64,000 nucleotides of DNA, taken from an uncultured Planctomycetia bacterium (GTDB lineage Bacteria; Omnitrophota; Gorgyraeia; Duberdicusellales; 4484-171). Shown here piece after piece: positions 1-10,100 of the stretch. Made by a program: the position numbers and the translations under genes. The notes beneath the pieces are model-generated. The model did no database searches. It had not been told where the DNA came from and worked only from the letters and a program-made list of their open reading frames with translations. Where the stretch lies: assembly GCA_964629655.1 (NCBI GenBank), contig CAZVQU010000002.1, forward strand, positions 396,878-460,877, given 5' to 3'. The number at the start of each line of letters is the position of its first letter. Positions within the stretch are counted from its first letter, which is position 1.

Positions 1-369
1 CACTATCCCCGGGGCATCTCTAAATACAGGATAAGAATCATCCTCTTTAATCTTTCCTTTTCCGTCAATAGGCTGGCAAAAAGTACCGATTATGCGACCA
101 ATAAATTTTTCTCCTACCGGAACATCTAAAACACCTTCTACGCCATAGATAGGGCCTCCAATCTTGAGTTTAGTCTCATCTCCCAAAACTAAAGCTAAGA
201 TTTCGCCTTTGTTGTAGCCGATTACCATCCCATATAATTCCGGCCCCATCTCGATCAATTGTCCGTTCACGCAAGATTCTAAGCCGCTTATCTGGGCTAT
301 TCCTTTCTTGATCTGGCGAATTACTCCGGTATCCCTTATCTCCAATAGTGGTATTTTTGATTCAGCCAT
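1..369 (-). CDS. atpA: F-type ATPase alpha-like subunit, N-terminal 123 aa (runs off the left edge; absent from the ORF track)
   Basis: Manual translation from ATG at 369: MAESKIPLLEIRDTGVIRQIKKGIAQISGLESCVNGQLIEMGPELYGMVIGYNKGEILALVLGDETKLKIGGPIYGVEGVLDVPVGEKFIGRIIGTFCQPIDGKGKI...FRDAPGIV. This matches the F1-alpha beta-barrel and the VPVG..GR.....PIDGKG motif. AAGGAAG SD upstream; follows the b-delta gene. Confidence 0.9.
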   Translation of the reverse strand, partial: MAESKIPLLEIRDTGVIRQIKKGIAQISGLESCVNGQLIEMGPELYGMVIGYNKGEILALVLGDETKLKIGGPIYGVEGVLDVPVGEKFIGRIIGTFCQPIDGKGKIKEDDSYPVFRDAPGIV

Positions 370-384
370 TTTATACTTCCTTTT

Positions 385-1116
385 TCAAACCTTTGATTCT
401 TCTTTCATCGCCGCCAATATCTTTTTCAGCTTATTTTTAATCGATCCATCGATCACAGATCCCTTTAGCTTAACAATTAAGCCGGCGATTATGCCTTCAT
501 CTTTTTTTTCAGCTAACACAACCTCTCTATTTAGCTTTGAATCCAACACCTTTTTTAGTCTTTTCTTCTGTTCACTGGGCAACGAAAAAGCATAAATAAC
601 TTCTGCTTGATTACCGTCGACTTTTATCTTTTCCGTTTCCATCCCCTCTATCCCAGCAATTACCTCATTAATAAGCTGAACGTGCAAATCTTCCTGGCCC
701 TGGTCGGTAAAAATACTTTTAACCATATCCGTAGCCAAATGCACTGCTTTATTCTGCATCTCCAAGGTAAGTTCGACTTTTTTTCTCTGAGCATCTTTCA
801 CCGCTTCATTAATAAGCCTTTTAGACTCTTTTTTCACTCGGATTAAGACCTCTTGACTATTCTTTTCGGCTTCGATGCTGGCTTGCTCCTTTATGTTTTC
901 AGCTTCGCGCTTGCCTCTCTCGATCTCTCCTTCAATCTCTTTCTTAGCCATCTCCAGTTCTTCTTTCAATGCCTTTCTTTTCTCGATGTTTTCCTGGTTG
1001 AGCTTTTGCAATCTTCTTAAAGCGCAGCCTATGTGAGCATGAAGCAAAAGCCGTAAGAACAAAACAATAAGAATAAATGTCACTACCTGTATCGAAATTA
1101 ACTGCCCAATTAACAT
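385..1116 (-). CDS. atpF: F-type ATPase b-delta fusion (peripheral stalk)
   Basis: N-terminal TM helix, charged b-like coiled coil, C-terminal delta/OSCP-like segment (DEGIIAGLIVKLKGSVIDGSIKNKLKK). AAGGAG SD; lies directly upstream of alpha. Confidence 0.85.
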   Translation of the reverse strand: MLIGQLISIQVVTFILIVLFLRLLLHAHIGCALRRLQKLNQENIEKRKALKEELEMAKKEIEGEIERGKREAENIKEQASIEAEKNSQEVLIRVKKESKRLINEAVKDAQRKKVELTLEMQNKAVHLATDMVKSIFTDQGQEDLHVQLINEVIAGIEGMETEKIKVDGNQAEVIYAFSLPSEQKKRLKKVLDSKLNREVVLAEKKDEGIIAGLIVKLKGSVIDGSIKNKLKKILAAMKEESKV

Positions 1117-1189
1117 GGTAACTCCTTTTCCTTACTACACGTTAAGTATCAACTATTGCATTAAAAATCTCTTAGGTACGGTGAACTTA

Positions 1190-1966
1190 TCAATTCAATA
1201 AGCTATCAACCCATACCCTTTCCAAACTTTCTAAATCATCAAACTTGTATGCCTCCAGCAAAGCTCTTTCCCATCTCTCTCCGTCCCGCAAACGGCGGCA
1301 AAAAGCAACAAATGTCTTTCTGCCGAATTCCCGCAAAAGAAAGTCTACCATACTGGCTGATTGACTATAAAAAGTATCCGGCGGAACCCCCTGATAATCT
1401 TCTATCTGAGATAATTCCGCTAACCGGATATATTCCCCCGTATTGACCAATTTTCTGGCCGCCTTCAAATATCCCTGCCTGTTCTTTTCCTGTAATATCG
1501 CTACTGCCTCATCTATCCATAAAGGAAGGCTCTTCTCATATCCAACCACTTCTCTAAATATTATATGCCCCATCTCATGAGGCAGGACATAATTAAGTGA
1601 CTCCTCTTTCCCTACGTAAGTAACAATCTCCTTGCTGATTACATGTACTCTTCCCTCTGACCAAGGAAGAGCACCAGTAGTTAAACGATATTGTGCCCGG
1701 TTGGGATAAAGATAAATTTTACAGCGCTCCTCCCAAGTCCAAAAATTAAACCTTCTAAAACCTAAATAATTAGTAATACTCTTATAATAGTGTTCAGCGT
1801 ACCTTTTTACCTTGCTGATGTATCCCCTGGAAGCCTCTTGGTAGTGGACAATGAAATGTTTACTCTTTTCTATCTTCCAATCACTTGTAGTTGCTAGGGT
1901 ACCGGACTGAGCACTCACCACCCCGGTGAATAAAAGAATAAATACAATTAATACTACGTTCCTCAC
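1190..1966 (-). CDS. Secreted zinc metallopeptidase, peptidase MA-like (gluzincin)
   Basis: Sec-type signal peptide ending VVSA; HEMGH zinc motif followed by LPLWIDEAVA (third-ligand Glu) and a FYSQS motif, typical of Peptidase_MA-like domains. Confidence 0.8.
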   Translation of the reverse strand: MRNVVLIVFILLFTGVVSAQSGTLATTSDWKIEKSKHFIVHYQEASRGYISKVKRYAEHYYKSITNYLGFRRFNFWTWEERCKIYLYPNRAQYRLTTGALPWSEGRVHVISKEIVTYVGKEESLNYVLPHEMGHIIFREVVGYEKSLPLWIDEAVAILQEKNRQGYLKAARKLVNTGEYIRLAELSQIEDYQGVPPDTFYSQSASMVDFLLREFGRKTFVAFCRRLRDGERWERALLEAYKFDDLESLERVWVDSLLN

Positions 1967-1977
1967 TCGCAGGTTAA

Positions 1978-2190
1978 TTAGGTTCCGAACAGATTGTAGA
2001 CAATCAGAAGTCCGATTATCGCAATCGCTTCGGCGAAAACAAAAGCAAGAATCATCGAAAGCAATATCTTCGGTGCAGCCGAAGGGTTCCTCCCCAAAGC
2101 CCTAACGCTGGAATAACCAACTGAGGCGATAACCGCTGAAGGCCCTAACGTGCTGATTAACATAATTAAAATAATCGTTAAAGTCTTCAT
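1978..2190 (-). CDS. atpE: F-type ATPase subunit c-like proteolipid
   Basis: 70 aa, two hydrophobic helices, GRNP loop and conserved carboxylate in FAEAIAI. Confidence 0.88.
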   Translation of the reverse strand: MKTLTIILIMLISTLGPSAVIASVGYSSVRALGRNPSAAPKILLSMILAFVFAEAIAIIGLLIVYNLFGT

Positions 2191-2254
2191 AATATAAAAT
2201 CCAACCTCTTTACTGGCTCAAACTCAACAAGCTTAACAGACTAAATAAACTAAC

Positions 2255-3151
2255 TTATTTACCCAGCTTACTATCGTAAACGCAAATCCTATCTCTTCCC
2301 AAGGCCTTAGCTCGATAAAGGGCTTTATCGGCTCTACTAATCAACTCACTCTTTTCCTGAGCATTATCGGGAATAGTAGCTAACCCTAAACTAATCGTTA
2401 TTGGGGTTTGGGTTTTAATCGCTTCCAGGAGCCTAATGCCTACCTTTCGTGCATCCTGCTGTATTGTCCTGGGCATAATTATGGTAAACTCTTCTCCTCC
2501 GTATCTAAAAACTATGTCATCCTCTCTTAGGGTATTAACAAACACTTGAGCGGCACCACGGAGTACTTCATCACCCTTGGGATGCCCGTAAGTATCATTG
2601 TATTTCTTGAAATAATCTATATCAATCATAAAAAGGGATAGCGCTTGAGGAAAACGCCTCATGTTATTGATTTGCTGAGTCAGCGTTTCATGAAAATAAC
2701 GGTGATTATAAACACCGGTCAAGCCGTCTATCGAAGACATATCCTGGTAATATTTTCCTCTCCCGGCTTGTATTGCTAAACAGGTATTTTCTACCATTCT
2801 TGTTACAATTAATCTTACCTCTTCTGCATTTAAAGGCTTCAGGAGATATGTGTAGGCACCGGCATTAAGTGCTTTTATGGCTGTGTCAATAAAAGAATAG
2901 ACGGCAAGAACGCTTACGTTAACCTTCCCGGATATTTTTTTAAGCTTTTTGACCAGCTCAATTCCGCTCATATCCGGAACATATACCTCAGAGAGAATGG
3001 CTATAAAATAAACTTGTTTAATTAGCCTCAGCGCTTCTTTGCCAGTAGTTGCTCTCCAAAGCTTATAGCTGCTTTTTTTAAAAACGCCTTCTAGCTCTCT
3101 AAAGCATTTATCATCATTTTCGACCACCAAAATATTGTATTCGCTTCCCAT
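2255..3151 (-). CDS. Receiver-domain diguanylate cyclase (REC-GGDEF)
   Basis: N-terminal CheY-like domain; DGLTGVYN, IDIDYFKKYNDTYGHPKGD, RxxD I-site (REDD) and RYGGEEF active site. Confidence 0.93.
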   Translation of the reverse strand: MGSEYNILVVENDDKCFRELEGVFKKSSYKLWRATTGKEALRLIKQVYFIAILSEVYVPDMSGIELVKKLKKISGKVNVSVLAVYSFIDTAIKALNAGAYTYLLKPLNAEEVRLIVTRMVENTCLAIQAGRGKYYQDMSSIDGLTGVYNHRYFHETLTQQINNMRRFPQALSLFMIDIDYFKKYNDTYGHPKGDEVLRGAAQVFVNTLREDDIVFRYGGEEFTIIMPRTIQQDARKVGIRLLEAIKTQTPITISLGLATIPDNAQEKSELISRADKALYRAKALGRDRICVYDSKLGK

Positions 3152-3220
3152 TCTTCTCCTTGCTTTCTCTCTTCTTCTTTTAGAAAAGACCTGTCACTAT
3201 TTTTATCATAAAACTACCTT

Positions 3221-3249
3221 ATCTTAACACGATTAGTTAATCAATTCAA
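3221..3249 (-). promoter_or_regulatory. Putative sigma70 promoter for the DGC-ATPase cluster
   Basis: Minus strand TTGAAT (3249-3244), 17-bp spacer, TAAGAT (3226-3221) with an extended -10 TG, ~70 bp upstream of the DGC start. Confidence 0.5.
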
Positions 3250-3444
3250 CATAAAAAAGGCAATTCCACCTTTGTCTTTTTTGAAATAAATAAGTCTAAC
3301 CTAAAAGTATCAACTGTAAAGAAAAGGGGAGAAAAAGTATTTGAAGAATGACAAGCACTGATTCATAACTAATTGGAATATAACTAGTTACGGATTAGAA
3401 TACCATTATCTGAAACTATTGGCTTAGAAGAAAAAATGAAAGTA

Positions 3445-4179
3445 TTATTCTTCGTCGTGTGAGGATTCTTTTGTTTTTTGTTCAATGGCGGCAATTCCTG
3501 CCTGGCGCTGCCAAATAATAAAGAAAACCAGTGAAATCAACCCTAAGGCAACAACTACTCCTAAGATCAAAAACCAAGTTGCCCTAACAGTAACTCTTTT
3601 TCCTGCTCCGCCGGCCGAAAGTTGAATTTCTAAACTCATCTTCTCTAATCTGGCCAGGGCACCTTTAATTCCATCCAGAATCTTGACGTTTTCTCTATAT
3701 ACGGCGATATGAGTCTGGGGCAGGGCATCCAGAGCCGCATTCTGCCTCTCTAAGATTTCAGCAGCTTTATCAACAACATATTCTTCCAAGGCAGCAGCTG
3801 CTTCAGCATAGGTAGTCTCTCTTAATGCCTCTACCAGCTTTCGAGCCCTAGCGATTAGACTATCAAGCTCTCGTTCCGCTATCAACCAAATATCCTTAAT
3901 CTCCAACTGACGGCTAACGCTTTCTCCGGGTGCAAGTTCAAACTGCTTATAGACATAGTAAAGGGCTTTAGTAATATCATAGTCAATCTTTAAATCACCC
4001 AGCTCAACCACATCTGCCGGCGTAGCTTCTTTAGGCAGATAGCCCTTAAGCAGAGCGTTTTGGGTTTTTGTCTTGGAAGGATTAACCACCAGAGTCCTCA
4101 AGACAACGCTACATTCTGCCTGGGCAAGCAAAAAACAAAAAACTACCCCTGTTAAGATGAATACTGTGCATCTTCTCAT
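3445..4179 (-). CDS. Exported, C-terminally membrane-anchored hypothetical protein (partner of the giant protein)
   Basis: Signal peptide, beta-rich domain (VVNPS...YLPKE...DLKIDYD), helical region, C-terminal TM helix (WFLILGVVVALGLISLVFFIIW). AGGAG SD; starts 20 bp after the giant ORF stop. Confidence 0.75.
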   Translation of the reverse strand: MRRCTVFILTGVVFCFLLAQAECSVVLRTLVVNPSKTKTQNALLKGYLPKEATPADVVELGDLKIDYDITKALYYVYKQFELAPGESVSRQLEIKDIWLIAERELDSLIARARKLVEALRETTYAEAAAALEEYVVDKAAEILERQNAALDALPQTHIAVYRENVKILDGIKGALARLEKMSLEIQLSAGGAGKRVTVRATWFLILGVVVALGLISLVFFIIWQRQAGIAAIEQKTKESSHDEE

Positions 4180-4199
4180 TTTCTTATTTTTCTCCTTGA

Positions 4200-7100
4200 T
4201 TATTGTTCAATATACTCTTCTACAACATCTTCAGTAAGGCCCGGTGTGCCGCCTTGGATAATACCGGGTTCTGGCTCCTCGCTTTCAACAGGTTTTGGCG
4301 TGTTTTCAACAGGTTCTTGTTCCAGGGCTTCCCCGCCTTCGCCACCTGCTGATTCCAACCAACTAGTAACTATCGGCTCATCGCTAGTCCTGGTTAATAT
4401 CTCCTGGCTCACATCAACCAAGGCCTTAATCTCCAAAGTCTTATTCTTGATATAATCCACATTCGTAGACTGACCCGTGGACAGCTCATACATCTTCTCT
4501 ATCTTAACACCCTGGCCCTCGTTTATCGCCTTAAGTTTTTGTGAAGTCACCGCTAATTGATCGTAAATAGCCTTCACAGTTGTATCGGTAAGTTCCTTCA
4601 TTTTTGAACTTAATGACGCCAACTCGCCCATACTGCCCATAATCTCGCTGATAATCGAATTGACACGGTCGACGCTATCGGTAAGCGTCTCCATCTTGGA
4701 GGTGTCGATATTAGTCAACTGAGCCATCGTAGAGGTGGCTGTGTTAGCGATAGACTCAAGGTCTGCGGAGATGACCTCAATATTTATACCGTCAAGAGTA
4801 CCATTTGTCTTTTCCTGACAAACAATGGTATGCTCGCCTCTTCCCCAGGCAAATGTCACATCGTATGCATAAATTCCTGTTCCCGAGGAAATCTCAGTCA
4901 TCGCTGCCTCATTTATCCGTGTTGCATTAGCAGCGTCGTAGACGCTGATAACCGGACTAGTACCAGTGTCGGTCTTATACCTGACGCTCAAGGTGCCGTT
5001 AGAACGAATATGACTCTCCTGATTAAGGATGCGCGAGGTGCTGGTCAGAGAAATCCTGGAAGCAATAGTCTCTCCTGAGCTTAAATCTTCTCCGCCGATT
5101 ATGCTAATCGTATCTGCAACCCCTTCGGTTACGGCATCTTCAATCACCTCGGTCTGAGTGGCTACAAGCTCTGCGGTATCGTTCTTTATCGCGGTAACTG
5201 ATTCAATAAGAGATTCCTGAACGTCCTCGGTTCCGCCAGCAACTGCATTCTCTATTGTGGAAACCGAATCTGTTAATTGTGCGGCTGTGTTAGTAAAGAA
5301 CTCATATTGGAGTATCTCTGAACCTACATCTATGTTGGCACTGGAAGCATAACCATTATCTCTATATTCAATCTCTAACACTGCCGGATAAACATAACCG
5401 GCCTCAAATTCAGTATCGGTTAGTGTAAAGTTATACATACCACTGGCAGAGACACTTGCGGTAACGGTATCTCTGACAGTCTCTCCATCGGTTTCATAGA
5501 TTGTCAAGGATGCAGGCCCTAAGTCTGATCTTTGTTCAGCTGTTGTTCCTACAAGCTTTCCTTTTCTCTGCAACGAACCAATAGCTGACAAAGTATCGAC
5601 AGCCGGACTAAAACTATAGGTCAACACCGACTCCCAAGTAACCTGGGCAGAGGCTTGGTTCTCGAGATAACAGGTGACACTATAAGTACCACCACCGTTG
5701 ACCGGTGCAGTCCAGGTAGCGGTGTTATCAATGTACTCGTTAACTGTAAAGTATGTGGTATAAGTGCTGTAGGGATATGCACTGACCCTTTCTATAGGAG
5801 AGACTAACCCCGCAGCTGACCATCCTGTTGAAGACGGTTCACTGGCCCCCACTTCCGTCAAGTTGCCCAGCGTATCATAATCCAAAACCTTAAATTGGAC
5901 CGTGGCATAACTGATGGTAAATGACTCGTCTGTTTCGTCATTTACCGTTGAGTCATTGACATCCGAAATCCGCACCTTAACCGCACTGTCTGCCTTAGGT
6001 GGGTCTACCGCTATCTTAGGATCAGGCAGAGTCCAATTATATGCATTTAGATTAGGCGTAGCAGCTATGACTGGGTTCCACGTATCACCGTCATCTAAGG
6101 TGTATTCTATTTTGACAGTGGTAATAGTTCCTCTTGTTGTCCAGTTAATTGAATGCGGTGATTTTGCTATCCAATCCTCTCCTCCATTGGGAACAAGAAT
6201 CTCGAATCCTCCCTTGATCCTAAAGAAACCGTCAGTGTCATCCGTAACACTAGTATCACCGGCATCGGTAATGCGTATTGCCAGTGTCTGGCCGGTCAAA
6301 GCAGCTTCAGGAATAGTCCAGTCATAAGAACCATCATTATCCTCGCCAGTAGCAATAATTCTCGAGGTAACAAAGCTATCATTGGAATAACTAATCATTA
6401 GATTGCTGATAGACAAACCCATCCAGCTCCAGGTAATCTCTACAGTATCACCCAAGACATACTCCTCGCCCCCTGCCGGAGCAGTTATTAGGATTATCGG
6501 CTCAGGAATAATCGTAAAATTCTCATCTGTGACATCCAAGACATTAGGCCTGCTCCCGTCAACAATCTTGAACCTTATATACGGTGAAGGGTTATCCGGT
6601 ATCTGCCAGATAGATTCTCCATCATTAGCTTCGCCTGAAGCTTCTGCCGGACTTTCCCAGTTGCTACCACCATCAACAGAATAGTAAAATACCAAATCAT
6701 CACTGACAGCGCCAACAGAAGTCCAGTGAACAATAGCAAAATCGTCAACTGCCCATTCTTCTCCTCCATTAGGCTGAGTAATGGTAATTACCGGTAAAGC
6801 AATAGTAAAGACAGCTCCCGAGGCATCAGTGGTCGAGGAACGATTAGCGTCAGTAATACGTACCAGCGTTTGTGCCTTGGCAGTAAGGAATCCGGCATCA
6901 GAAGGAACGGTCCAATCATATGTGCCATCATTGGCTTCACCGGTGGCTATCTCGACCCAGTTATCTCCATTATCTATGCTGTATTCTAGAGTCAAATTAT
7001 TGCTGATTAAGCCACTGTTATCAGTCCAGGTAATCTCATGGTCTGTACCCATAATCCAACTCTCTCCGCCGTTAGGCGCGGTAATGGTAAGTACCGGCGT

Positions 7101-10100
7101 AGGCAAGATCGAGAAGTTGGCCGCTGACTTAATCGTGCTGGCAGTGCGTCCGGTATCGGTAATCCTCAGTCTCACTGTAGTATAAAGATACTCGGGGATA
7201 GTCCAACTAAGAGTTGTCAGCTCATTATTTACATTATCAGCAATGGTGTGGATGTTCTCCTCGGTAAGAAAGTTATCATTAGAATACTCTATGATCAAAT
7301 CATCTGCCAAAGCACCTTCGCTACTCCAGCTAATCCACTCTGAATCTCCTACTGTCCATGTCTCTCCACCGTTAGGTGCAACCAGCGTAAACGTCGGTGC
7401 AGTAATGGCGAATACACCGGGAGAAACATCCTGTGGCGTATCAGCCCGTCCCATATCGGTAATTCTTATCTTGCAGGTTCCGGCAGCTGCACCGGGATCA
7501 GGAACCTCCCAGGGGTAAACACCGTCATTGTCCTCATTCTGAGTAACCATACTCCAGCTTCCGCCGCCATCAGTACTATATTGGATTCTGATATTGTTGG
7601 CAGCGACTGAACCTACTGATGTCCAAGTAATATCATGGTCAGTGCCCATTCTCCATTGCTCCCCACCGACGGGTGAGGTTACAGTAACGGTCGGTGAGGC
7701 AATAGCTAAGACGGCATCGGAAGTATCTGTTGTCGCTATGCGGTCACCGTCATACACCTTCACCTGCACAGTTTCCGAGGTATCATCAGGAATGGTCCAA
7801 GGATAAACACCATCATTAGCCTGATTCTGAGTAATAGTTGTCCAATCTGTGCCATTCTTAGAATACTTCAGCACAAGACTACCATCATGCACAGAGCCAT
7901 TTGTACCTACCGATGTCCAGGTAATATCATGGGCAGTGCCGACAATCCAAGACTCAGCACCATTAGGTGCGGTCAAAGTAAGAGAAGGTTCAACGATATT
8001 GAACACAGCATCGGAAACATCAGTAGTAGTAGGCCTGAGTGGATCGGTAATCCTGATTAAAGCTGCAGCTGTTGCACTATCCTCAACTGTCCAAGTATAG
8101 GTACCTAAAGCAGCAGTTACTCCAGTAGTAATTTCGGTCCAATCTGTGCCGTTATTAAGAGAGTATTCTATAGTCAATGGATCTACTGCGCCTGTCTTTG
8201 TCCAAGTAATTGCATAATCACCAGTAGCATACCAATCCTCTGCTCCATTAGGTGAGGTTAATGTTACCTCCGGTAACTCAATCTGAAAATAATCAGCAGA
8301 TATTCCTATAACATCTTCATATCCGGACTCATTATCGCTAATCCTAATCTTAGCTGTATTAGTAACATCTTCGGGCACATTAAGCCAATTAAACGAACCA
8401 TCATTAACTGTGTCACTAGTAATACTATTCGTATCGTCGACAAAGTCATCCTTAGAATACTCGATCTTTAATCCATCATCGGCAACTTCATCACCGTCAG
8501 TACTCCATTGAATCTCATAAGCATCAGCAACGGTTACCAGTTCTCCACCGTTAGGCTGAATAATATTAATACGTGGCCGAGAAAGAATAGTAAAGTTATT
8601 GTCAGAGTCATCTGTAACAGCATTCCTTTCATTATCAGTAATACGTACCTTAACTGTTGTTGACTCATCATCAGGTATAGTCCAGGTGTAACTATTTACT
8701 GCTTGTTCAGCTGCCGGAGTGCCGGCTGTCGGCTCTGGGTCAATAAACTTACGTCTCTCATAGTGGGCTGTGATTTCATCAGCACTAAGGGCCCGGTTGT
8801 AGACAGTTAGTCCGTCCAATTTTCCTGCCAGATACGTATCCGAATCACTCCTCTTAAAAGAATATAAAGCCTGTGAGGATGTTGCAATTGGGCTACTCCA
8901 AGCTTCACTAGCGACCTCACTGCCATCCTTGTAGATTTTTGCATACGTGCCATCTGTTACCCAAGCTAAATGAACCCATTGATTAGTTCCAATAGGAGTT
9001 GAAGTTTCTGCTCGCTTGGCTGAATTAATCCAAAACTCTAAATACCCATCAGAAGTTATATCACATGCAATCTGATCTTCACTCGCCCATGCATGCAATG
9101 TGCCTACGTTAGTGCTGCTCGGATATGAGGTAATATAAACCCATTGTGTATTAGTGGTATATGTTTCACCTGAAAAAAGATTATTTGCTACAGTCATATA
9201 ATCACTTGTGCCATCAAAAGAAAGTACGCTACCAGTAGAGAATGTGGTAGGATCAGTGTCTGCATCCCAGGTTGCACCGGTGATGGTACCAGTATTTCCC
9301 TGTCTTGAGGAGTCAGCTGCAGTTGTGCCGCTACCCTCATCCAAGTTCCAGACACCAATTAAGCCGTTTCCAATATCATAGTGTTCTCTTATCTTCTCAG
9401 CTGTAAGCACATTGCTATGCAAACGCAATTCATCGATTCTACCACCGCAATAATCATCATTGGCTTCGCCTACTCTAAGAGCGGTGGTATCAACTCCTGA
9501 ACTTGTAGTCACAGCAACATGATTCCAACCAGCAGATAAGTCTTGTGAGCTTGAATCAGCATTAACGTAGATAGTCGGAGAAGTAAATCCGGTTGCGGTA
9601 ATCGCTCCCGAAGCTATTGATATATATATTGTATCATCGACTAATTCTAAAATTCCATCATCGCTATTATCATTATTCACCCAGAATTCCACTGTCTTTG
9701 TATCTGCGCTGATATCGCCGACATCTGTATAGGCATCGGTATCGTTAAAGACTAATGAACCTCCTAATTTGCCGGTTGACCAGTCTGCTCCTGACACAGG
9801 CGAATCTGTTATATGGTGCTGGGTTGCGTCTGAGTCATTGAACGTTCCGTCGTTACCTTGCCCTGAACTATCTGAAATCACAGTCTGGTCAGTTACATCT
9901 GTTTCGTCAAAGCTATAGAGTGCAACCAAGTCGGTTTCATCACTAAATACTCCATTATAATGCTCAGTTACTTCACTACCACTTAAAGCACGAGTGTAGA
10001 TGCGGACTTCGTCAATGGAGCCGGGAAAAGGTATAGATGGCGGGGCTGTAGTCGCATGCGCCCCTATGACAGCTGAATAGGTGTTACCGGTTACGCTTTG

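Noticed and set aside
3254-3282. Possible intrinsic terminator hairpin AAAAAGGCAA...TTGTCTTTTT
   Set aside because: The stem is mostly A-T with a mismatch on the transcribed strand; too weak to call.
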